A stretch of 64,000 nucleotides of DNA from Camelus dromedarius (taxonomy: Eukaryota), in NCBI RefSeq assembly GCF_036321535.1, contig NC_087437.1, positions 98,086,001 to 98,150,000 of the forward strand. The letters run 5' to 3'. The translations under genes were made by a program, and so were the position numbers. Below the pieces are notes generated by a model that was not told the DNA's origin, searched no databases, and saw only the letters and a list, made by a program, of their open reading frames with translations. Positions 38,461-51,750 of this stretch are shown here, piece after piece (positions within the stretch are counted from its first letter, which is position 1; each line of letters opens with the position of its first letter).

Positions 38461-40897
38461 TTTAAAGCACAAGACTGAAAACCTAGATAGCAGTTTAGGT
38501 TTCATTTTGGCCATGGCATAGCTATGACCTGGTAAAAGACATTTAACCCCCCTCTCTCTGTTCCTCATTTGTAAAATATGCAAGGCTTGAATTAGACAAA
38601 CCCAAAGACTTTTGCGTTTGTGATTTTCTGGCCCAATTCACACAGAAAGGAAAAGCAATTGATGTTCATAAATAAAACACAGGAAACCTCCCTTGGAAGG
38701 ATAGTTGTTTAAACGCAGCCAAATTTCTTTCCTCCGCAAGTATTATTTTATGTTTAAAACAGTGCCTTTAAAAGTGGGCTTAGAGATAATGTTTAATATA
38801 TTATCAAAGGATTTACAAATCCATTAAGTTCCTAACTTGATTCTTTAAGAACAACACAACGAAAGCAATAGGGTTTTTTTGAAAATGAAATGTGGATAAT
38901 ACTGGAAACATTACATCACATATCTTTCTCTGTTACTAGGTTAAGAATGTAAGTCTGCAGTAACTGGCACCACAATCTTTAGCCTAAAAACACATCTCAT
39001 TTTATCAGGTCAGTGCCACATGCCACACTTTGCTTTATTCTGGAGCATTTTCCTATGTAATTATTCACAAAATGCTAAATACTAAAATACTCTCTTGCTC
39101 TCTTTTCGCCAATTCATATCTATTAGTTTCTTTACAAGTCACCACCTGCTTGTCTTCCTTGAGTAACCTTACTTCATACTTCCCACCTTTTCACTTTGTA
39201 CTCATTCACCTGCACTGGATTTCATACTTTATATACATGAATTATATGAAATGTATCGATCTCATCTCCCTAATTAGATTCTAAGATGCTTTGACTTGAA
39301 TTGTTGGAGTATTGCACTCAGTGTTAGACAATCCCACATCCTGGTCTTAGGCTGTGAGTGTTTCCCCTGTGCCTGTCAGTGTACATTTCACAATGACCTA
39401 GTGAGGTAGTCTGTAGCCCAGAACCTTTTTATTTTACAAATAAGGAAATGTTTATTATTACACCTGGACAACACCTTCAGCGTCACTTAAAGAGTCTGAT
39501 TTTCTTCTTTCATCAGGAATATAGGCATGAAAACAAGTTGGGTTAGTGGCACAGCTGGTTACTGGAAGGTAAAGGGGCAGGTCCTAAAGGGTGTTGACCA
39601 GAGACAAGAGAGACTGGGGCTGGTGAGAAGACAAAGAGAGAATGATAAAATCTGGCTAAGGTCTGGGCTGAGAGACCTAAGATGGATGCCAAATTCAGAG
39701 AAGCAGAATTTGTAATAGGGAGATAATATGGAGCAAAATCTGGTTTGAAACATAGGGCTCGGACTGAAAGAAGGAGGGTGTACAGCAACAGAAAACAGCA
39801 GGTGATTAATAAGCATTGGCTGTATGTTTAAATTAATAAATAAGTGAATGCCTTATAAAGAATAACTGAAAGAGGGGCATCAAAAACTGATTTGGAGATT
39901 TAAAATCTGGGTAACTGACAAAATGTCAGTATCGTGTAATAGAACTAGGGAAGTTGAGAGAAAATGAAAGCTTGAGTACTGCATGTCGAGACGGGTTTTA
40001 GATGTGGGACATGCAGTGGATAATGTCCAAAAGGCAACTGAAAACGTGTAGAGCTCAGAAGAGAAGTAGAGATTAGAATTTGCAATTTACAAAAGGCTTT
40101 ACATGCTTCACCTTAGTCTCAAATCAAGCAAGCAAACAAACAAAAAACTCTAAGTATATTGGAAATTTAAAATGAAAGAAATTGAATTAAGAGAAGCTAA
40201 GTGACTTGCTCAAAGTGACACAACTAACGGGTGAATGATCTAGAATTTGAACTCAGGTTTCCAATCACGAGGTTCAGTGCTGATTTTACTACATTATACT
40301 TCCTTCCTTCCCACTCACGTAAGAATGAGTAAATCATCCAAAATAAACAGAGGCTTTCAGATAACATGATTCTATTCAGGCCACAAATAGGATATGCTAA
40401 TATACATGGCTTCAGGTGACAAGGAACTGAAATTTATCAAATACAGCAAGTTGACCTCCCTTTTAGTTAAAGACCCTCTTTTTTTAATTCATTCCAAGAA
40501 CTACTGGCTTGCTGCAATTTGCCTGCTAGTATGAACACAGCTGACAGCATCACCTGCCTGCCAAAAAAATAAATGTGCTGGAAGCTGTTAAGTGGATTAA
40601 AACTTTGTGCCACAAAGTAATGCCCAATAGCACAATAAAAAAAAAAAAATCCACCTCTGCCGAAGATATTTCTAAAAACTCAAAAACAGAAAAGAACCCA
40701 TTTAAAAAGCTTCATAAGGTAGAAGATGTTAAAGAAATTACACATTATACAAGCAAAGAAATCAAATACTTGAAAATTTACCAGGTAGTTGGAAGCAGGA
40801 GTGGAGGGAAAAAAAATAATCTGAATACTGCTGATTTTCTAGAATACTCTGGCAGTTAAAACATAAAGTAAAATAATAAAATAAAATAAAATAAATA

Positions 40898-41085
40898 TGT
40901 ATTAGTTATCTATTGCTGCAGAACTGGCATCCTTATTTCTCCTGCATTCTATCAGCCAAAGGAAGTCACAATGCAAGTCCAGATTCAAAGTGTGGGGAAG
41001 TAGATGCCTCCTTTTAATAGAAAGAGTGGCAACATCACATCGCAATGGATGTGGACACAAGTGGCAAGAACAATTACACCCATAA
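40898..41085 (-). mobile_element. Internally deleted MLT1 LTR
   Basis: 3' terminus TGTATTAGTTATCTATTGCTGC joined directly to AGTCACAATGCAAGTCCAGATTCAA...GGGGAAGTAGA 5'-part motifs. Confidence 0.65.
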
Positions 41086-42879
41086 CTACTAGTAATTAGC
41101 TGTCTGACTTTAGGCAATTCACTTTGCCTCTCTGGGCCTCAGAGTCTATTTCTAAGGGTTAGGACCAGATGCTTCCCAGGATTCTTTACCATTCTCTATT
41201 TCTAATGCAATGATTTCCAAAACTGACTTTAAGGCAAACTAGAGGGTTTCTAGGTAACTTAAAGAAAAAATAATCTACAAGCAAAGTGGACATAGTTGCT
41301 TAGTTAAGTGCAAAAATGCAGAAAAGTGCAAAAAGGTGAAAGAGGATGTCATAAAATCAAACAATATTACAATATTGCAAGTTGGACATGATTGAAAAAT
41401 TGCTAGTTTAGCCATTTGACAGCACTAATATAAGTCATCCAGAGGGATTCTAAATGTTCCACGTTAGAAATTGAACTGTTTACTTCATTTCCTAAATGAC
41501 TCAGCTCCACACTGGCTCGTTACCAATATTCTTCTTTATAGATTTCTCTTCATCAATAGTTCAGGGTGTGAACGTGCTAGATGTTAGAATTACTTAAATT
41601 GACTGTTAACGTTGTTTAAATTAAGTGGTTAATTGCTGCATCTTCTATGTCACTTGGACCAAAAAGAATCAACCAAGTTTAGGAAGCCCAAACTTTAGCC
41701 AAGAACATATAAAAAGAAAGAAGTCAGTCAACCAGTGAGAAAAACTTCCTGTTTTAAATGAAGAAAAGTAGCACCCTCTTCTAGAAACTTCAACTTCAAG
41801 AGAAGACAAAATATTTTCATTTATCAGACTGATGAGGAAACAATGGCTAAAATAAAAAGTATTATTGCCTAGAAATAAAAACAGATCTTCTTTGAATGCT
41901 AAAAAAAAGTTTTTAATATTTTCCATTGGTTTAATATGCAAATATCTGTATGCTTTGTTTTTCTACAGGATACAGAGTAAAAATGTCAAACTATGGGAAT
42001 CTGGAGATAACTTTAATTAGGTCTTGCCTTGCTAAAATTAAGGCAGGCTAAAGAAGTTAACCCTAACCACCTCCATTAGTAAGAAAGAATGTGCCTTAAT
42101 TTAACACAGATTACAATTTATGAAACTCTACAGTCAGGCAAGAATGAGGAAATGCTCAGATGTAATTGGAGCTGTTGATGTAAAAAGACCATTTCCTTGA
42201 TATCTGCATGTTCATTGTCTTAGCTCTCAGGCCCCCAGACAGCTGTCTGTCTCGTGGACTTTAGGAAATTAGACACCAAAAAGAAGATCTGAAAAACTAA
42301 AACCTGCTAAGTCTATACCTAGTGACAGACAGACAGATCTATATTTAGGATTAATGTGGAGAGCTCTTTTTTTTTTTGAAGGGGTGGATATTAGAGTACT
42401 CAGTGTACACCTCTTAGGTAGAATTTAGAGACTTTAGTAAGTTGGTGTAAAGAATAACAACCTGCTCCATTAAAACCTAGAGTGTGCATCGACTTGCTTA
42501 CTCCTGGAGTGATGATTTGTACTAATCCACACACATGGTGCAGTCTTTATATTTGCAAAATATAGAACTTGAGATGACATTAGCAAGGGAAAACTACAAA
42601 ACAAAACAAAAATGCATTTTAGGAAATAAACTCACTTTCTTTGCATTCTTTTTTCCATTGCTTCCAAAAACATTTGAAAATCATGAGCACCATAAACTTT
42701 ATGGTCCCATTTCCCAAATGGACTCCTTTCTTTCCCCGCTCCCAATCCTTGGTTACATCCACCTTCTGTCTCTGCAGTACACAGCTGAAGACACAGGACT
42801 GCAGCTGCAACAAGCACTCTGGCTTTCTTTATGAATGTGAGATTTCAGGAATCCCCATCGAAACAATTTGAAGAAGGAA

Positions 42880-44540
42880 TTTCAAAGGTGCCACCCTTCT
42901 CAGACCAGCTTCTTGACTTCCTACCTCCCCTCACGTGTCTGGCATAGAAACAGTTTCCCTTCAACTTGCCAATGAGAGGTTAAACTTCTTTCTATGTTCG
43001 TGATTTCATCCCCACCCTCACCATCTCTTCCAGAACAAAGACCTTATACTACGAACTGATAGATTTTCAGCCTTTTCACCTGACTTGTTCTATCACTATC
43101 AGTCCACACATCAGCTCAAGCCATCTCTGCCTCTAAAAACACCCTTTCTGACCTTAAGCCTCCTTCCATTAACCATCATTTTCTTTCTCCTTCCTTTCAT
43201 AGCCAAGAGATTCTTCCAGAGGCTGGTTTATCATCACTTGGTCAGCTCATTGGTTCTTCAGTCCCCTACAATAAGAATTCTGTCCCTACCATCCTATGGA
43301 AGGTGATTTGTGAAAGATCATTAATGATTCAAATTTCCAATCCAGTGGAGCCACTGCAACGTCATCTCTCTAGCTCTTGCACAGTTGGTTGCTCCTTCCC
43401 TCCTAGAACGCATAACATCCTCTCTTGGGCTGCTGCTATCCCTTTGACCATTCCTTCTCAGTCTTCCCTAAGGTCTTGATTATACGGCCTCCCCATCTAT
43501 GGCCACTATATCTCCTGGTGCCTCCACATCTATCTCCACCCTCCAACGCCCTAGTGCCCTAGTTCAGTCTTTACAATCTTCCCTTAGACTCTAGCAGTGT
43601 CCTCCTCACCAGTGTTCTTTCCTCTACTCTCCTCCATCTCCACCTCCGCTATCCCCTTGCTGCCAATATGACCTCTCAAAATTATTATTTTTTAACCTGA
43701 AACCTTTGAACTCCTTTTTAGCACGTCTTATCATGGTGCCTTAGCTTACATTTCTCCAGAAGCAGACCATGACATAAGGGTTCGCACAATGATAGTGTAT
43801 TTGGGAGCACAAGGAATACCAGGAAGGGAGTGGAGAGCTGATACAGAGGCAGGAAAGCAGGATGACTGAAGCTTAATCCTGCTGGAATACTCAGGGAAGT
43901 GCCGCCAATCTCACTTCTCAGAGTTATCCCGCTGGAGCGGGAGGTTGGTTGGGGGGTGTACACATCTATTCCAATCAGTCTGCTCCTGGGAGGGGGTCTC
44001 ACTTCCCTCGGCCCTTCTAGCCTGCTACAAGTGGACAGAATGACCTCCTACAGATCCAAGCTGTCAGTCACAGCTTGAATCCTGCACTGGAGCACAGTGA
44101 CCTGGTTTAGTTATAAGGGACATGGGTGGGGCTCTGACAGCATCGGCTACAGATGGCTTACAAAAGTACTTGGCTTTCTTTATAGCACATCTTCTTACCG
44201 TCTCTCGTGGGGCACCCTGCCTCACCTTTTTCTTGGCACACTGTGCTTACACCATCAGGAAAAGCTTTGACCTTGTGTGATGTATTGAGCTGCTCTAGTC
44301 TATGCTCCTCTAGAATGCCTTTCTCTTCTTTGCTGACTGATTGACACCTGATAGTTTAACCACCACCTCAGTGGTTACCTGTGTCACAAAGCCCATCTTG
44401 ACAGTCCCACAGGTACTAGCCAGTGCTTCCCTCGAGTCCCCTCAGTGAACTGGACACATATCAATCTGACAACACTGCATGCTTCCCTGCTGGCTACATG
44501 TTTGTCTATGCTACTAAATATGCTGTTTGAGCCAGTGCAA
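42880..44540 (+). mobile_element. L2 remnant interrupted by LTR33
   Basis: Pyrimidine-rich L2-like motifs (CCATTCCTTCTCAGTC, CTAGAATGCCTTTCTC, CCACCTCAGTGGTTACC). Confidence 0.55.
43736..44151 (-). mobile_element. LTR33-like (ERVL) solo LTR
   Basis: TTCTCCAGAAGCAGACC at one end; the other end reads TGTAGCCGATGCTGTCAGAGCCCCACCCAT on minus. Confidence 0.7.
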
Positions 44541-44858
44541 TGAATTCAGTTCGCAAAACTACAGCTATAAAAAATGATCCCTTATTTTAGGTGAGTAATT
44601 TCTTCCATATTTATCTGCAACTAAGTTGCCTACTCTACAGATTTATCTTGAACAAAGTAAATTCTTGAATATATGAGTAAAATTCAAAGATATGAAAGCA
44701 AAGTAGTGGACATAATGAGAAGCAACTGTATGTCCAAAACAAAGGTATGTTCAAAGCAATTGTCTTGGACATAATGAGAAGACTTCCATTCCAAGAATTC
44801 AAAAATTTTATAAAAGTTTTCACTCTCCCTTGCCTTTTGGAAGCTCTCATTTTTAGGA

Positions 44859-44932
44859 AATAATAATAATAATAATAATAACAACAACAACAACAACAAC
44901 AATAACAGTAACAGTAATAATAATAATAATAA
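44859..44932. repeat. Compound trinucleotide microsatellite (AAT)7(AAC)7...(AAT)n
   Basis: Read directly from the sequence. Confidence 0.95.
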
Positions 44933-47206
44933 ACTGGAACAACAGAAATAGTTGAAATACCTGTCCAGTCGCCACCCCCACCCCCACATACCCACACACA
45001 GAGACCAAAATGGTAGCGCCGCCCATCAGGGACTCGCCCCTGCGGCAGCCTCACCTGTCAGGGGCTGGCAATGTTTAGTTAGATGGTGGCAGCATTCATA
45101 TTTGTCACATGAAAGATACATTAGGGGCATCCTGGTAAAATGTATTAAAATGCACATTGTATGCTTCTATTTTTATTCCTTTTGGGAGAAATTTTGTTTC
45201 TGGAAAACTATCTTTCAATGGTCTCTCTGCGTGAGGAATAGTACCAAATCCTGTGTTTAAAAAAATGTTTCTACCAACCCTTAAATTTAACAGTGATGAG
45301 CAAGATGTACCAACAAATCGGTCTTTTTATGCTTCTTCCTTAAAAATATCCATTATTGTTTTATGAACAGTATGTACAGCTCTGAGTATATTATTGCTTG
45401 TCTATATGTGTGTATGAATTTGAAGATATACACATTTACCTTTTTCTCCCTCTGAATGGTGGGAGAAAATTTTCTGCTTTGTAATTGCTGTATTTTCCAA
45501 TTTTTTAATGAACCAGGATATGCTACTTTTTAAATCAAGGGAAAATAAAGATAATTTAATACATTTTTAGAAAAGGTTTCTTATTAAAATAATTTCTTAT
45601 TCAGTAGTAAACTAGGGAATGGTCTAAGAATGTGAGATGGTTGGGGTAATCATTGAACCCTTATTCAGATGATAAGTCTGGCTGATTCTCCTGCAAAGAA
45701 CACTCTTGTGTAATGTTATCTGGCTTGAGTTTGACGAGTTGTGATTCTCTGCTCATATTTTCACAGGAGCAATTCTTCATCCATCCTTTCTGAAAACTCT
45801 CCACGTTGGTATAGGCAAGTAAGGTGCCTATTTTGTGGCATATGGAAAGCTCTATTTTTTGCAGAGTGTATAGGAGGAGATAGCCTTTATAAACTTGCAT
45901 GCTTTTAATTATTTTGTCATAGATACAGGTGGGGTTCTATGATTTTTAACATCTTTTTCACAGCTGTGCTAGCCCTAAGACAGAATTCTGTGTGGTGACA
46001 CAGGAAATTACAGATTGCTAGACAAAAATCTGATCATGTATCTCCAAGTCTACTTTTTACCAAGTCTTTAAAACCAGGCCAAATATCTTCTATTAAAAAA
46101 AAAAAGTCATATTATAAACAAAAGAGCTAAAGAAGGATTTTGTTCTACAATCTCAATCACTTAGTGTTACCTAATGTGTCTGTACCTAAAAGCAATTATC
46201 CAGATACTGTTGAATCAATGGTCACACTGAACAGATACTTTAAAAAGTGTAAGATGTACCTGCATCATAGAATTAAGAAGGGAAGTTCAGAATAAAAGTT
46301 CTATAACAATTTTGTGTGGAAAACCAACATAAACATCTTTGGTTCCTTGATTTTACCTTAAAAGTAGAAACCTATGGAATATGGATCAAGTAGGGAAGGA
46401 AAAAACACATGGCAAGAAAATAATATATTAACTATATAATACTGGAGGGCCTGGATATTTAGAATTAGTAACACTGGGTGTAAAGTAGTTATTAAAACTT
46501 TTTAAGTCAATTAAATTGTCTGTCCACTATTTTATGCAATGACAGAGATAAGTTTTTTTTACCTAATCTGTAGGTTACTTTTCTGTAAAGCAAAGAGAAA
46601 ACAGGAAGGAGGGAAGGAAGGAAGGTAGGAAGGAAAGAACCCATTCCTTAGATGCCGCAAGGGCAGAAATCTAAAAGAAACACAAAAGAGCAAAACCCTG
46701 ACCAGCAGAACACTGGGCTTCTGACCACCTGAGGCTGCTGCCTGGCTACACTGAACTGACTTCATGTGGAGGCTTAAGTCAGTTAATTGCACACTTCTTT
46801 TCAGGGGCACATCACTCTCCACGTAGCCAATTAGTTAAAGCTTTATAGCAACATCACATCCATGATAAGCCTGAGGCCGCCAGCATTTGTGCCTCAGTTT
46901 CAGTGACCATGCCTCAGGGTACGCCTCCGTAATTGTGTGCAACCCCCTGCAAGCTTCGCCGAGTGTCTGTGCCTCAGCTGCACTGCCCACGCCCCTGTCC
47001 ACAGCACCAGCAAAGCCTTGTTGAGCTCCCCGAACCTACCACCCGGCTGCCTAATTGTGGTTCTTCATTTAAAATCCTGAATGTTCATCTGGGGCCTTGA
47101 AAGCTTTCTGAAATCCATATGAATTGTGTTCTTCCGTGTAAATGTTCATGTTTTCCATGGGAGAAGTTGGCTAAACAGGCCTGGATTCCTATTGACATTA
47201 ATATCT

Positions 47207-47309
47207 ATTTTTTTCAATGGAGGTACTGGGGATTGAACCCAGGACCTCGTGCATGCTAACCATGTGCTCTACCACTGAGTTATTACCACTCCAGCCCCAC
47301 TTCCTCAGG
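47207..47309 (-). mobile_element. Short tRNA-derived SINE, same family as 37443
   Basis: Reverse complement reads CTCAGTGGTAGAGCACATGGTTAGCATGCACGAGGTCCTGGGTTCAATCCCCAGTACCTCC plus an A-tail; 9-bp direct repeat TTAATATCT at 47198-47206 and 47310-47318. Confidence 0.85.
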
Positions 47310-47319
47310 TTAATATCTT

Positions 47320-47830
47320 CAGGACAAAGCAAAAAACCTTCGCGTAGAGTTGAAGACACTTCATGACTCAGCCCTGATGGCCTCTGTCATTCCAGTGTCA
47401 CCAGCTGTCCTGCACACTTTGTGCCCGTCATACCAAACTTCTTCGGGTTTCTCGAATGCACCGACTTTCTAATTATCCCACGATTGCATGTGCTGCTTCT
47501 CCTTCTAGAATACTCTGACCTCTCCAACATCATTCATTACCTAATTTCAGCTTCTTTTTCAAAACTTGACTTAGATGTCACTTTTTCTGTGATGTCTTCT
47601 CTGCCCCAACCTTGTTAGTCTACAATCGATAGTCTACTATCTTTCTGGGTTGCCGTGGTACCTAGACTATCTCTGTCAAGGCACTTCCAAGTAAGATCGT
47701 AGGTGTCTGTTTATACAGCTGTCCCACTACAAAAGGTGAGCTTCCAATACACAGAAGTTGTATTTTTATTTGTGTTGGTAATCTTAATGCCCAGGAGTGT
47801 CTAGCACGAGTAGGTGTTCAGTCAAAGTTG
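47320..47830 (+). mobile_element. L2 3' region
   Basis: CTTAGATGTCACTTTTTCTGTGATGTCTTC...GTGTCTAGCACGAGTAGGTGTTCAG. Confidence 0.65.
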
Positions 47831-49064
47831 GATTCAGTCAAAGTGTGATGAGTAAAGTCGGCTAAGCAAGAAGACGGAGAGCTCAGACAGAGACAGAAAG
47901 CTTCAGGGCCATGTTTCAATGAAAGGAAATGGTCCCTCAGGCGATAAGTAATTAGCAGCAGGCATTTGGCAGAGGATGTCGCTGGGAGTGAACCCCTTAG
48001 AAACAGGAAGGATAGAAAGTTTTTACTTAAAGTACATTCTGAGCAATTATGTAAGCAGGGACTGAGAGTTGTCTGCTAGTAGCAAAAGGAACTTGAAACA
48101 AGGAAGGAACATCCCAGGGCAGAGTCTCATGTTACCAAGAAGTCTGGCAGGACTTGAGCAGTAGAAAAATTTAACAGCTGAAACCAAACCTGAGCAGAAT
48201 TCTTTTCTTAGTTCTGAACGAGTACATGTGATCATTTGCTCACAAGGCCAGATTGGAAATTAATATTAGTAATATCTATCATTCAGTTTATTGTAAAAAA
48301 ATTATGCTGAATTTTATCATCTATTAAGTTGCACATACCATAGTGCCAGATCCATGGTTATTCTTAACTCATCATTTTGTTGTTTTATAAAATCTCCTGT
48401 TTAAAGAAAACCTATCATCACAGTTAGGATCTGAGGCACCAGCATGAGGGAAACCAGGTAAACAACAAGCCTTAGTGATCATCTCTGTAACAAGATTTAG
48501 CCCCACAACATGTTAAATTTGTACTCTCTAAGAGCCTATGTAAAAGGGATTTAAAAAATCAAAAGAAAAAGGAAAAAAGACAATGCACAATGTATAATGA
48601 TCTAAATAATAAAGAGAGAGAAGATGAGGCTAGCATCCTGGAGCTGCAGGTGGGTGTGCTTCTGCTGAGCTGGGAAGGAGTTTGCGGAGCTCTTAGTAGA
48701 GCAGGGGAAATGTTCGTCGTGAGTTACCATTCCTATGAGACATGTGATGGGAAGACATGCAGGAAAGAGGATGTTTAAGAAATGATGCAGCTCCTATTTC
48801 AAGATTCAGAATGTCCTCACCCTTCGGTTTTTCTGTGAGGGATTGTCATAAAGATTTATAATGCCGGAGGCCAGACTAATGCCTCTTCAAAAGCAGCACC
48901 CAGTGGACTTTTTGTGGGTTAACACTAATGATTTTAGATGTTTTCTGAGTTACTATGATATCTTTTTGCTACACCAAATTTATGCTGTCTTTGACAAATA
49001 ATAAAGTTGCCTTGCCCACATTCCACTCCCTTTCTTGTTCTCTGAGCCTCCCTGTTGGCTAGGA

Positions 49065-49285
49065 GGTCAAGGATTGAGAGCACAGACTACCGACCCAGGC
49101 TGTCTGCCTGGCTTGCTCTCTGGCTGACAGTGGGCAGGTTATGTGCCTTAGATTCCTTATCTGCATAATAGGGGTCACAATAGTTCCTTGCAGGCTTGTT
49201 GTAAGGATTAAAAGAGTTACCACTAAGGTGAAGCTCTTAGATTATTTCCTGGATCATCACAAGCCCTAAGAGTGCTTGTTAAATA
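49065..49285 (+). mobile_element. MIR SINE
   Basis: GGATTGAGAGCACAGACT...GGGCAGGTT...CCTTATCTGCATAATAGGGG...GTTGTAAGGATTAAA. Confidence 0.7.
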
Positions 49286-49575
49286 AAATAGCCCAACTTT
49301 GAGAAGGTAAAGTGAGGCACTGAACAAACCACACCTTCATAAGTAATAAAGAAATATGATAGGATGCCCCCCATGTGCCTTAAACATGTCTGCTCATCCC
49401 CCTCAGTAATAATGACTCTATGGGAACAATTATCATTCCTGGCTCCACCCCCAAAATGAGGGAAATCAACCACAGAGAGGCCAGAGGTTGTGTTCAGATC
49501 TGACACACCAAGCCGGAGGTAGAGCCGGGCTAACGCAGACTGGTGGTGCTGCGACTCCTTGCTGGCCCTGCGAGG

Positions 49576-49621
49576 CCCTGCCCCGACCCCTGCCCCAACC
49601 CCTGCCCCAACCCCTGCCCCA
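49576..49621. repeat. 12-bp tandem repeat (CCCCTGCCCCAA), about 4 copies
   Basis: Read directly from the sequence. Confidence 0.9.
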
Positions 49622-50362
49622 GCGTTCCTGAGCATCTCATCCAACTCTCCCCCTCAGGCAACCTCTCCTCCAGCCAAATGAAGGAAGACCTCAGTTCCCA
49701 TCTTGAAGTGCAAATACACAGAGAACTCAATGAATCATGGAAAGAGGACTGGAAAGAATATCCGAAAACCCACTTATTTTTCAGATAAGGAAACTCAAAG
49801 AGAGTTCAAGAAACTTGCTCAAAGCCGTGTAATTTATTTCGTATCAAAGCCACAGTCCAAGCCCATTTCTCTTGATCACCAGCTTAGCACTCTACATTAT
49901 ACCCATAATGACAGGAGAGCAGAGGAAGGGCCATGAGGTCAGGGGCCTCTTGGAAGAAACATCAGGGAGATGCTAGTGACAATGGATGGAGAAGCTGGGG
50001 TCCCAAAGACACAACTCTGCCGCCTGGTTCTTCCAGAATGTCCTAGATTGGCTTCGGCAAACAACTTTTCAAACCTTTCTGACTGTAACAGCTAGAAAGT
50101 TTTAAGGACATTTTAAATAAATTATTTAGATGAACTTAATTGATAAGAAAATTCATTTCCATTTAAAGTAGCTGAGAGAAATCTACTTAAAAACTCAGTC
50201 CCCAACTTTTAGATAAACTCCACAGGAGTATAGAACTGAATTCACTTTCTTTGGTGTTATAATTTGCCTCTCGGAATTCTTAAAGTGGGTTTGGTTTATT
50301 TTCAAACATCCAGCACAGCACAAGGCACTAGCTGAATATTTGTATTTAGCATTTTAGTGTAT

Positions 50363-50520
50363 ACAGTGGCCTTCAAATTTTTCTGAACAGGAGAATCACT
50401 TAGGAGAGCTTGTTAAGAAGGTGGATTCCCTGAACACCGCCTCCAGAGAAGGCTGACCCAGGCGGCCTCCGGGCCATTTTTAACAAGCTCCTCCTGAATC
50501 TGAGGGAGGTGGCCTTACAT
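50363..50520. mobile_element. MER5-like hAT MITE
   Basis: CAGTGGCCTTCAAA...GAATCACTTAGGAGAGCTTGTTAA...CATTTTTAACAAGCTCC. Confidence 0.65.
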
Positions 50521-51747
50521 AATGTTCAAATTAAAAATACAAATAATAGCCCTGGTCAATTTGCCATCTTTCTTCATTATTTTACCCACACTTTCCACCC
50601 CCGTGCACACTTCCCAAGGCTCTCTTGCAAGCACGAGCTCACATGCCACAGAGGTCTCATCAGCACTAGAATTTTATTTTCCTAGCCAGAATTGTAGTAA
50701 AACTTGAGAGCAGTCTTCTCATCATGCCCCCGAACTCTCTCAATTATTGGTTATTTTTTGCTATTGAGACTTGATTGGAGAAAGTCACTTAAAGGAAGGT
50801 CGAAGGGCAAAATTTGACATTTTCAGCACAATGGAAAATGTGAGGCCTCCTGGAAGAGGAACTCAGTCAATATATCCTCAAGTCTGCCTTTTTGCTGGTT
50901 TCCAAATATTTTAAATTAGTACAATGATCTCAGAGTCAGGCTCACACCCTGAGAGATAGAGTGATCGCAGAGCAATTAAATGACTAATACTAGTCCTTGA
51001 GGGCAGACGTCTGCAAAAAAGGTTGTCTGGGGTCAGTTTGAGACATTCTGAAAAGCAAGCTTTACACATACACACAAATACATGTTTGGGCCTAAATTCT
51101 TCACATGGAAAGGTCTACGTAGTCTTGATTACTATTCTCAGAGCTTTTTTGCCAGTAGATCAGGCTCTCACAGCAAGTAACAAGATCCCGTCGGGAATTA
51201 AGAGAGGCTTATGTAGACAATGCCATCAATTACAATGTGGTTTTGTTTGTTTTAAGGTTTTTCTCTTTGAAAATACTTGTTAAAGAAAATATGCTTGGTG
51301 GTTGAATGATCATCAGTAAGTAATGAAGAGAGACTGACAGTACCACACTATGAACTAGACAATATAAATGAGGCAACAGGAAAGTGATGCTTCTGGAAGC
51401 TGATGCTGTAAATACAATAACGGACACACCTGCAACGGATGAGCGTGCGGAGAAGTAAGAGTCTAACATTTTGTACTAAACACAGAGGCAGGTATTTGCT
51501 GGGTAGGTGGAAGGTGAGAGAATTGTGAGTTTGCTCCTTATCTTACATTCTCTAGTTTTTCCAAAGCATGAGCGGGTACTTGAATCCATCCACAGTGTGC
51601 TCAGAGACACCACTCTTACTGTAATTCCAAGGGAAGCATGTTAAGACTTGAAAGAGAAACCTGAAGAAACAGAAAATGGAAAAGATCCATCTGAGAACAA
51701 AGTGGTACAGCCCGCCCAAGTTTGGAGGGACAGCCAACGCTACTTAC

Positions 51748-51750
51748 CAT
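51748..51750 (-). CDS. Candidate start codon at the end of a putative first exon (GCCATG|gtaagt, phase 0)
   Basis: Kozak-like GCC-ATG directly followed by a consensus donor; splicing to 24141 gives M-EGSMDSLY. Could be chance. Confidence 0.25.

Noticed and set aside
44581..44597. Recursive splice-like site TTATTTTAG|GTGAGT on +
   Set aside because: It is antisense to the only supported gene, and no plus-strand transcript is evident.
44635..45054. 139-aa and 103-aa ORFs with poly-Tyr/Cys or poly-Leu
   Set aside because: Translations of the (AAT)/(AAC) microsatellite.
49279..49788. ORFs with GAGV / GLGQ / PCPN repeats
   Set aside because: Produced by the 12-bp minisatellite; no splice or homology support.
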